This document shows, piece by piece, positions 53,165-64,000 of a DNA stretch of 64,000 bases. The position numbers were made by a program, and so were the translations under genes. The stretch's first letter is position 1. The number at the start of each line of letters is the position of its first letter. This DNA is from Octopus vulgaris. Its lineage: Eukaryota. The DNA lies in contig OX597815.1 of the NCBI GenBank assembly GCA_951406725.2, forward strand, positions 123,690,001 to 123,754,000. Reading direction: 5' to 3'. Below the pieces are notes generated by a model. The model was not told the DNA's origin. It did no database searches and was given only the letters and a program-made list of their open reading frames with translations.

Positions 53165-54340
53165 GCTTATGAAACCTTACCGACTCTATTCTAATCGTCC
53201 TTTTCAGGGCGAACCACCATTTATTGTTGATTATTGCTCCCGTCAACGCCCTCTTAACTAGTTCACTAATCCGGTTCCTGAAATATTTACGCACCGGCAA
53301 CGACGTGTTCAGCTTCCAGTAACCTGGTCTCTGTCTATGAAGTCTATCTAAGTCGACTGTACAGATCACGAATTTGTGGTCTGTGTAGTCGACTACTTTA
53401 AACTGTGGACAACCTATGCTATCCTTATCTATTACTCTACAGAATAACCTATATAGATATGATCTGGATGAGCCGATGCGGTTTGACCAGGTCCACACTG
53501 GCAAATCCAGGAAGTCCAGTCGATACCTGTCAGAGAGTTGGAATCGTCTGAGCAGGTTTGCGAGGCTTTTGCACCCTCCTCTCCTATCTGCTAAACCTAC
53601 ACAGTCCCACCTTACATTTAAAACTCCATTCCAATTACCCACTAACACTAAAGAGCGGGATGTTCCCAGGAAAGTTTCCAGATGTCTGAAGAAATCTGGT
53701 CGTCCTGCCCCTGTCGGGGCTAGACAGCAATTAGCCCGAAAGTATGTCCTTCGCTGTCTATCATATCCAGGACCACCGACTTACCTTTCGGATCCAGGAA
53801 AATCATCCGTATTTTAAGATTCAGATTTTTCTGAACTATCACGGCGACTCCTTCTCCCGCTCCCGGACGACTTGGAGAAGCGTACACCTCATAGTCACCG
53901 AAAATAGGTTGGAAATCCCGCGAGTCAGAAATTCTGATTTTACTAACGGCCACCACGTCACCCTGAGGTTGTTGAACAGGTGACTCCACTTCCAAGGCAC
54001 ATACATTAACGCTGCCTATTCTGTACACGACCATGTTGTCGTAAAAAGAAAAGAAAAGAAGAGGAAAACTTCCTTGGTTTTGGTTGGAGGGGCGGATTGC
54101 CCGTCCTTCCAGTTGGTTTGGTGTGTTTCCCACAGTAAATCACCAAGAATTCTCTTGGTGATATTCCCTGGGAAATATCCGATTTTTTTGTGGGAATTGG
54201 GTTATTAAGTGTGCGTATATGTTTTGTGTTTTTTGAATGATTTGTATGTGTGCATTCAGGGAGATTGTGGGTGTGACAAAAACTTTTGGTGTAATGTTTG
54301 TTTCTGTTCTTATGCACTTCATTAATTCATTAGTTTTTTT
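53165..54340 (-). pseudogene. L1/Tx1-clade ORF2 APE endonuclease remnant
   Basis: RIGSVNV, GNWN, TWSN..SRSYL, TDHK and PGYWKLN motifs across frameshifts. Confidence 0.8.
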
Positions 54341-54359
54341 TTGTGTTTATTGCCATACA

Positions 54360-54730
54360 GTTTGATAATATAATGAAATTATTGTATACAGTGCTCAGGT
54401 GCACCACATCTTGTCAGAAAGTGCGTATAAAGTATATACAGTAATGTACAAATGTCTGGAAAGCGAACAATGTATGAGTCAGATACATGCTTGTGTGTGT
54501 AAGGAGGGGAGAAAATCAGGTGTAGTGTTGGCGAATCTCAGAAAGCATGGAAGTTTTGAAGGATGCAGTGCACCGACAACTAACAACTGATGCCGACAGT
54601 TCGTTCCATGCTACAGCAACTCTCAGTGTGAAAAAATGTTTCCTAAAGTCATGAGAGCTGTGCTGTTTTCTGACTTTGTAAATATGTCCACGGGTGTTAG
54701 ACGGGTGGAGTTTGAAAAGGTGCTCAGAGT
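54360..54730 (-). mobile_element. CR1 LINE 3' end
   Basis: NTRGHIYKV...RKHFFTLRVAVAWNEL...SFK is the CR1 ORF2 C-terminus, followed by a 3' UTR. Confidence 0.8.
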
Positions 54731-55458
54731 AAGTGGGGGGATTTCCCAATGCCGATTTTTGGCATTTTCCCAGAACCTCCGTATCCGAAAACGGGGATTT
54801 ATGGCAAAAAAAAATTTATAAAAATAAACAAATTTGGGAGAAAATGGGGGGTGGGTGGCGGAAGTCTTTCCAAACTTTGAGATGTTATTCATAAATTTCT
54901 ATATCTTAGCTATTCTATGCCCAACGACGCCCCATTCAAAAATCCCCTCGCATCCTCCCCCAATCCACCGCCGGACCTGTCAACTACCAGTCAAATCAAA
55001 CAATCTGTATTAGTAGACACAACAACACCGCTCTTCTATTTAGCGCCGCAACAACATCAGTAGCTAAACCAACAGCCTCACAGTAATGCCACTCTCATCA
55101 ACTTAGTGTGATACATATACTGCCTGTTGTAACACAGCTTTACCATCATCAAATGGTAACTTTTGAAAGAATTGAGAAAAACTTGGCGAGATAGGAAAGT
55201 ACTTGTCATCAAACCTTTCACCTTTTCACACACAACCCCAGAACGTAGAACATGCTGCTAAGCATTTTCTGTAACTTGCTAACGATTCTACCAACCTGTT
55301 AATGATAATGATCAGTATAATTGTTTTTAATAAATTCATGTTTCAACAGCACCTTTTTGTCTGAAATATTTCTCAGCTGTTTAACATATCTAAAACTGAT
55401 AATAGTTTGATTGTTTCTTCAAACAGTATGAAGCAGTATTTCTATCTTTTTTCCACAG

Positions 55459-55509
55459 GAGACAAGCTTAATCAAACTGTTGAAGAGCTTCCGTTTCCCG
55501 ATAAATCAA
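55459..55509 (+). CDS. Ly6/uPAR-domain gene, probable coding exon 4 (GDKLNQTVEELPFPDKS)
   Basis: Strong polypyrimidine-cag acceptor and gtaagt donor, open in the phase 1-1 frame. Confidence 0.6.
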
Positions 55510-56041
55510 GTAAGTAGATTTCAACATTATAGATATAAAATGACTATTTAAATCAGTGGTTCTCAACCATTTTTTTTGCCTCTGGGCACTTTGATTCCTG
55601 TTTTATTCTTGTGAATCTTCACAGTGATTCGATGTTTAAAAAATCCTGTTATATTTTTATAATTAAATATTATTAGGAATTGCATTATGAAATGTTAAAG
55701 TAATATGTGTACTGTAGAAGTATATGGAACATCACATTCGTGGACGAGTCAGTTTATCAGCCGAGTCTATCATCAATACTGTCGCGCCTCCTTCCTTCAA
55801 ACGGGAAGGAAGAGCCATTTTCATCGTACTTATGACTATGGCGAAAGAACGTGTGTGGTGGACGCGTCTGAAAGGCCTAGAGACAAACACTTGTGCTTTT
55901 AAGGCCTAGAGGCATCTTGTGCTTTTAAATTCAGCACGTCCATGCGTCCATAAGAGATATCTCAGGTCGAATACCGCAGCAAATTTACCTTTCACGTCGT
56001 ATATACATAATTAAGTACGATACACAGAAGGGTGTATGTGT

Positions 56042-56098
<57 letters not shown>

Positions 56099-56458
56099 TG
56101 TGCAAATATCCGAAACTTCGAAGTTGCTGTCAGCCTTTTCCTTGTAAAAACTAATATGTACTCTTCTAAAAAAACTAGATCCAAAAATATTAAGTGATCC
56201 TTCAGTTTAAATTTTGATTGTTTTTATATATAACTTCATGAAAAATATCAAAACAAATATACATACATACACACATACAAATATATATACGGTCATGTAT
56301 ATTTATATATATATATGTATATATACAATATACACACATATGTATATACACACATAATATATTTATAAACACACACGTGTGTGTGTGTGTGCGCTCGCTC
56401 GCGTACGTATATGCGTGTGTAATGGTAAAATATACTTCTTACGTCGAAGTTACCAGAT

Positions 56459-57070
56459 GTGACGTACGAATGTGTGGCTCACCAAATGTAATCTACAGAT
56501 GTATGGTTCTCACGTTGGAGTTGCCAGTCGTAGGGTACAGATAAAACGTTACTCGATGTAGAAATAGCGATTCTTGCTCCACGTCGGGGTCTCAATATGT
56601 AAATGGGCGAAAGTAGGATGAGACAGCGTAATAACAACATCGAAGCGAAAAGAATAACATTCATAGATTTATTTACCGGTAGTGGTTAGTAACACAGACA
56701 TAGCAGTAATTGTAAATAAGTGACAATGGCACAATGTGTTGCTCATACGGTCTGCTGATAAAGAGATAGAAAGAGTAAGAATTACATTGTCCCTTTCCAT
56801 TTGGTCGGTGATGTGCTTTCGGTTAACCGGCCGCTAACCGAAGAGTGCGATATGCTCTCATTTAGCCGGTTGGAAACCAGAGAGAGAAGCAAAGCTTTCA
56901 GTCAGTTATAAGGTCCGGTTAGGATGCAGGTCAAATCTAAAACAATGGATTGATCTTTCCAGGATGACCGACGGTGTTCGGATGTCAGGTGTGGAGATAC
57001 AACTCAGAGAATCAGGTGTGTGGATTCGATTTCGAATTATCAGTTAAGAAGAGCTAAGCGATCTCCCCCC

Positions 57071-57073
<3 letters not shown>
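56459..57073 (-). mobile_element. Possible solo LTR
   Basis: Higher-complexity island ending ...gtcaCA on minus, with TATA-like and AATAAA motifs in LTR order. The other boundary and TSD are unclear. Confidence 0.3.
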
Positions 57074-57133
<60 letters not shown>

Positions 57134-57368
57134 AAATTAAGGATAAAATCTTTATAAGAAATTATCAGTAGTTAGCGTGAAAAACCGCGTAAGAGAAAAA
57201 ATCTGTAAATTTTTTTCAACTTTGAAAATATTTATTTATATTATATAGAGGGTACTATTATTCATAGGTACCGCACGCTAGGAGGGGCTTTTGCAGTCAA
57301 AACTACTAAAATAAACAAATTGTACCGAATGCAAAACTTCAAAGCAAGTCATTTAAAAACAGAATTTA

Positions 57369-57432
57369 GTTACATATCACCTGTGATTTCGCAATCAATG
57401 GAGAATGTGCATTCTATGCTCTTCAGTGCAAC
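57369..57432 (-). ncRNA. Putative type I hammerhead ribozyme (copy 1)
   Basis: gttgca-CTGAAGA-gca...tgc-GAAA-tcac ag gtga-TA-tgtaac. All core positions are canonical, with an AUA triplet. Confidence 0.85.
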
Positions 57433-57864
57433 GAACTCAAGGCATATAAGAAAAGACACAACATTACAAACCCGACAACCAACCGTAGAATTCGCCGCAG
57501 CATGTACGAATGTTTATCTTTACATATCTATGAAAATGGCGGGCTTCTTCGCAATGCATTTCGGTAACAACTTGCCTACTCGGAACAAAAATTCAGTATT
57601 GAACTATTCCGGTGAAAAATATAAATTTAAAATTAAGGATAAAATCTTTAAAAGAAATTATCAGTAGTTAGCGTGAAAAACCGCGTAAGAGAAAAAATCT
57701 GTAAATTTTTTTCAACTTTGAAAATATTTATTTATATTATATAGAGGGTACTATTATTCATAGGTACCGCACGCTAGGAGGGACTTTTGCAGTCAAAACT
57801 ACTAAAATAAACAAATTGTACCGAATGCAAAACTTCAAAGCAAGTCATTTAAAAACAGAATTTA

Positions 57865-57928
57865 GTTACATATCACTTGTGATTTCGCAATCAATGGAGA
57901 ATGTGCATTCTATGCTCTTCAGTGCAAC
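57865..57928 (-). ncRNA. Putative type I hammerhead ribozyme (copy 2)
   Basis: Same as copy 1 except that the stem III loop is aa instead of ag. Confidence 0.85.
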
Positions 57929-58093
57929 GAACTCAAGACATATAAGAAAAAACACAACATTACAAACCCGACAAAATTCTGTTTTTAAATGACTTGCTTT
58001 GAAGTTTTGCATTCGGTACAATTTGTTTATTTTAGTAGTTTTGACTGCAAAAGTCCCTCCTAGCGTGCGGTACCTATGAATAATAGTACCCTC

Positions 58094-58142
<49 letters not shown>

Positions 58143-58143
<1 letters not shown>

Positions 58144-58539
58144 TAGCAGTATCGCCCGGCGTTGCTCGGGTTTGTAAGGGAAATAACTATATAAGCATTT
58201 TTAGAGATGTAAAGTATAATAGCCATCTCAATATGGCTAACCACAAAGGGGGGAGGTGTTACTGTAGCTTTTTACGTTCTGAGATTTAATGATAAAGTTT
58301 TAGAGAGTTACTTCCCTTATATATGCCAAAAATGGATTAAAAATGGGAAAAATTGATGGTAAATCTTTTTTAAATTGTAGACTCATCGTAGACGCGCGCT
58401 AATACCCAGAAGGGCTCGATATGAATCACGACTATAAGATACCCGGTTTTGGTTAAACTGCACCGCAAAATGTGGGAGTAGTTAGGAATCTAAATCGTAG
58501 GAGACAGACAGCACACAACCTCACTTTTATATATAAAGA
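58143..58539 (-). mobile_element. Complete non-autonomous Helitron
   Basis: Minus strand begins TCTTTATATATAA and ends in the hairpin cccgagcaacgccggg followed by CTAG. Inserted between A and T in (TA)n. Confidence 0.85.
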
Positions 58540-59148
<609 letters not shown>

Positions 59149-59865
59149 GTTGAAATTTATAGAAAAACAAAAGACGAAGACAGATGTATGAACAACAAGC
59201 AGGTGTATTAGTTTGACGCTCGGGTAAATGAAAAATTCTTTTACGTTTCGAACCTACGCCTTTCAGCAGAAAGGAATAAGAGAAAATAAACAGAGAGAGA
59301 GAATGAAAAGAAACTTGTAGATTTAGCGGTCAAGCATGGCGAATGATTAGAAAAAACAAGTTTGAAAGATGGGGTTGAAAGAAAGGGAGATAATAAAGTG
59401 CTGGTGATCCCAAATGAAGGTGCGCGTGCGAATGTGTATGTGAGAATGGTGTGTGTGAATATGTAAGTATGTGTGTGTGTGAATAGGGGCTAGTGACTCT
59501 GACGTGTGTGAGTGCGTGGAGGATGGTGTGTGGGTGTCTGGATGATGGTGTGGGGTGTATAAGGGTAGGGTAGGAAGGTGTGTGTGGTGGGTGTAGGGTG
59601 GGGTTGGTATCAGTGAAGAGATGAGGTGGGTAGGAGTGAAGAGAGGAAGTAGGTGTCAGTTGAAGAGAAGAGAGGAGTCAGATGAAGAGAGGAGAGGAGT
59701 TGAGTTGAGCCCATATGGAGCAAAGGAGCCAAGAGAGAAGGTTAATTTTTGTTCACAGCGAAGGCGGGAGTCCGGATGGCCCCTGTGCAAAGATAGTGAA
59801 TAACCGGTAGAGCGGAAATGGCGTGAGACCGGTGTGTCATTACTGAGTCTGATGTCTCGGAGGTA
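59149..59865 (-). mobile_element. Penelope-like element 3' end (GIY-YIG C-terminus plus pseudo-LTR)
   Basis: LRDIR..DTPVSRHF...RLRCEQKLTFSLGSFAPYGLN resembles the PLE endonuclease tail. Decayed hammerhead-like motif at about 59238-59272. Ends at (TA)n. Confidence 0.8.
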
Positions 59866-59945
59866 TATTTGTGTGTGTGTAAACGATTGCATGTTGCGTA
59901 TACGAATGTGTGCTTATACACACACACACACACACACACACGCAC

Positions 59946-59989
<44 letters not shown>

Positions 59990-60436
59990 ACACACACACA
60001 TAGACACACATATAAAGACACATTCGTATACATAGTTTGCAATCATTTAGTGTCAACAAATGTTTGTAAGCATTAAAAAGTAGATCTAAAGTTTAACATC
60101 AGCTAAATCTGACAGCACTGTGTTGAAAAAAAAAGCGAATAATTCAAATTTAACAAAGTTGTCGAAAGGAGATAGAAGGAAAAACGTTTAACCGGAAATG
60201 AAGTGCTATTTTTAGTTACCTGCTTCTTTTTGTTTTATTATGCTCTGTGGTAGGTGTGTATCCGTGTGTGTGTGAAAGGGTTGGTTCTGTTAGCAAGTTG
60301 TGTCATATAATATAAACCTTCTAGAGCGTCTTCACTGATTTGTTTACCTTTGTAGATCCATTTTCCCATTGCAGGTAATCATGTTTGTCAACTTCGGCAT
60401 CTATCGAAACTTGAGCACACACAAACGCGCGCGCGC

Positions 60437-60533
<97 letters not shown>

Positions 60534-61174
60534 TACACACACACGCACATACACACGCACACACGCACACACACACACGCACGCACATACACACACACAC
60601 ACACACGCACATACACAGACACATACTAACACTCGCTTTTTTCTCACGCACACACGCATACACACACACACGCGCGCACACACACATTCTCTCTCTTTCT
60701 CTCTCCCACACATCCATTCACAAAAACATTTTGACTCTCATATGCACACGCATACATACATACACACAAATACAAAGATGGTCTTACTCTTTCACGTACA
60801 CACTCATTTCAATACACACACACACTTTCTTTCTTTCTCTCTCTCATTCTCTCTCTCTTTCTCACATCCACTCACAAAAACTTATCCTTGTGTACTTGCA
60901 CAAAGCTGTAAATATATAGTCGTTGCTCAAACGGACATTACACATACAACATATGCGCACACACACATACACACATACATTCAAACGTATAATTCTGCGC
61001 AGTCTATCCATAACATACACACGCAACTGTTTGAAACCACACTCAAACTGATAGATGTGTCTGCATGTATGCATACATGCAGACACTTGTATGCATACAT
61101 GCAGATACATACATGTATGCATACATGCAGACTTATGCATACGGTCGCATATATCTAAATATATATATATTTAC

Positions 61175-61222
<48 letters not shown>

Positions 61223-61457
61223 ATACGTACACACAAACACAAATATGGTCTTACCCTTACACGTTCACACACATGCCTCGCACCCTTTGTCTTAGGCCCC
61301 CCCCCCTTGAAGTTTTCAGACCATAAAATCGATCCCAGTAGTTATTTAAAGACCGGTACCCATTCTATCTCTCTTTGCCGAACGATGTAAACAAATCAAT
61401 ACCGGTTATCTTGTTACAGGAGGCAAATATAAAGATGCTCGCATACATATATATATA

Positions 61458-61772
61458 TTTTTTATTTATGCGCCCTTTTCAAGCCTAGCCAGGCTCATGG
61501 GCCCGGTTTCCCGGTTTCTGTGGTGTTTGCATTCCCCTCCAGCTGGGCGGGACGCCAGTCCATCGCAGCGTTACTCAAGAAACAGGAAGAAAGAGTGAGA
61601 GAATATTGGGGCGAAAGAGTACAACAGGGGTCGCCACCACCCCTGCCGGAGCCTCGTGTAGCTTTAGGTGTTTTCGCTCAATAAACACACACAACGCCCT
61701 GTCTGGGAATCGAAACCGCAATCCTCCGACCGCGAGTCCGCTGCCGTAAATACGGGGCCATTGCGCCTCCAC
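61458..61772 (-). mobile_element. tRNA-Arg-derived SINE with the same head as 16330-16718 but a different tail
   Basis: About 200 bp of head and core align with the 16330 copy, then diverge into a ctgcgatggactggcgtccc... tail. Confidence 0.85.
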
Positions 61773-62717
61773 ATACAGATATAGAGGGTGACTCAAAATT
61801 AATTAAGTATTTATATAAACTAGTCAAGAACTGAGGTCAGCTGAGGTCAGTTGAGCTTCTTTATGTAGATCTTGCCTACCCGTGTCTCTAATCTTTTCTC
61901 CTACCCCAATCTATTCACCGCAGCTTTCACCCACCACATCTCTACATTCATTATACCACCCTCAATTCCAGAAATCCTTATGAGTTTTCAGTTTCAGTTA
62001 TTAGATTTTGCCCATGCTAGGGTTCGGTGAAGCTGTTTTTCTCTCGGTCACACATAACTAATATGGAAAAACAAACAAACAAAACAACAAGAAGAATAAA
62101 ACTGTCGGCGGCAAACGGCATAAACACTTATTAACGTGTGTGTGGTCTTGATTATAAGTTGGAGCTGCGACTCCTTCACCAGGTTAGTGTTATACTTGAC
62201 TGTAAGTATTCAAGTTCAGTAGAGTTGCTGCAGTATGCTTTTGCCAACAAGTTACAATTGAAATGAGAATAACGTTGTTGCTGGTATGCGACCCTGTTTG
62301 ACTCCTATTGTAATATGAAATTGGGCCGAGCTGGAAATTTGAGCTTTCATACCGATGTGAAAGGACTCTATCATACATGTAAAGTTTCCATACTTTGTAT
62401 CTATGCAAGTTCCAGTATTAACTTGTGTTTGAAGTACGAACACAATTACTTGTGCTCACGTGTAGATTAATTTATTTAACCTTATTCATGTTTGTTTCAT
62501 CGTTCGTGTTCTAGTTGTTTAACCTGGGATCAATTTAGATCAAAATTATTCCAGCCATGACCATTCCATTTTTGTAGGAGTATCTAGAGATGTAGTATCT
62601 AATGTACCATTGTTTAATTAAGAGAGTTGTGACTGACATATTTCACTGCTGTTTCCTGCAGGTTGTTACGATCAAGAAAGTGGCTTCCTCATCGCCTCAT
62701 TAGTATTATTGTATATT

Positions 62718-62766
<49 letters not shown>

Positions 62767-62969
62767 GCATACACATGCGTACACATACACACAAGCGCAG
62801 ACATACAAACACACAAGTAGATATGTACATTCGTATACATATTAATATATATATAAATTACATATAAAATATATTTATATAATATAATAAACATATATAA
62901 AATATATGAAATATATATATAATATATGCATTATATACACCCATACACACACATGTATATGTATGTATG

Positions 62970-63021
<52 letters not shown>

Positions 63022-63181
63022 TGTGTATGTGTGTGCGTGTATGTACATATATACATATTTAGATATATGCAACCGTATGCATAAGTTCATACATGCAGAC
63101 ACATATATCAGTTTGAGCGTGGTTTCAAACGGGTGCGTGTGTGTACGTTATGGATAGACTGTACAGAATTATACGCTTGAA

Positions 63182-63222
<41 letters not shown>

Positions 63223-63433
63223 ATGCGTCTGTGTGCGCGCGCGCGTGTTGTGTGTGTAATGTCCGTTTCAGTAACGACTCTATATTTACAGCTTTGTACA
63301 AGTACACACGGATATGTTTGATCTAGGGGGCTGCATTCCTGAGTTTTCTCATGTTGATTTATTATGGATTGGTTTTGTTTAACATCGCTTAAGAAAGGAA
63401 AAGGCCCCTGTTTATTTATACAAACAAACTTGC

Positions 63434-63492
<59 letters not shown>

Positions 63493-63814
63493 GTATGAAT
63501 GTAAGAGTATAAGCCTGTGTGTGCGTGAAGGTGCGTGCGTATGTACAATTGTATAAGCTGCATCACAAATACAAGTGTTTTTTCATCGAGCCGGCCAGAC
63601 GTCTTTTTGAAATCCGAGAAGGTACTTTTGCCGAGCAAGCGCCTTCTTTAAACGAAGTTTACCTTTAAAGGATAAAATGATGGCTGTGAATATAGTAGTC
63701 TTTACATTCGGACTTCTCATGCTCAGCTTCCAAGTGGTAGTAGCAAGTAAGTGTAAATGAAGATGCATTAATTATTCCTCAATACTGATTTCGACAATTG
63801 CTCTTATTTATTTG

Positions 63815-63887
<73 letters not shown>

Positions 63888-63929
63888 GTCTGTCTGTATG
63901 TATATATATATATATGTATGTGTGTATAC

Positions 63930-63984
<55 letters not shown>

Positions 63985-64000
63985 TACAGACAGACATATA

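Larger units (their letters stand above)
57131..58100 (-). mobile_element. Retrozyme-like element: 1.7 tandem copies of a 496-bp unit plus an inverted end, between (TA)n tracts
   Basis: 57131-57477 is nearly identical to 57627-57973. 57974-58100 is an inverted copy of part of the unit. One hammerhead per unit. Confidence 0.85.

Noticed and set aside
60356-60374. 19-nt micro-exon candidate for the LU gene (tttgtag...cag/gtaatc)
   Set aside because: Splice-like signals only, with no protein-level support, so it cannot be distinguished from chance.

Overview
AT-rich, repeat-dense animal genomic DNA, most likely an octopus. This is inferred from tRNA-derived SINE families resembling the octopus OK/OR SINEs and from extreme microsatellite content. 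One host gene is supported: a + strand spliced gene (exons at about 42374-42585, 51251-51406, 52314-52439 and 55459-55509, 3' end not found) encoding a signal peptide plus a 10-cysteine Ly6/uPAR (three-finger, quiver-like) domain. The rest is mobile DNA: a young full-length CsRN1-type gypsy element, a decayed gypsy element with nested insertions, two RTE LINEs (one with a twin-priming 5' inversion), a Dong/R4 LINE in (TAA)n, ORF1-only L1/Tx1-like elements arranged head-to-tail, CR1, Tc1/mariner, hAT-MITE, Helitron and Penelope remnants, and many SINEs. The most notable signal is about a dozen minimal type I hammerhead ribozyme motifs. They sit in several distinct non-coding, terminally redundant (about 430-530 bp period), often end-inverted elements embedded in (TA)n microsatellites. 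This looks like a retrozyme / non-autonomous Penelope system predicted to make self-cleaving, possibly circular RNAs. All coordinates were read by eye and may be off by a few bases.
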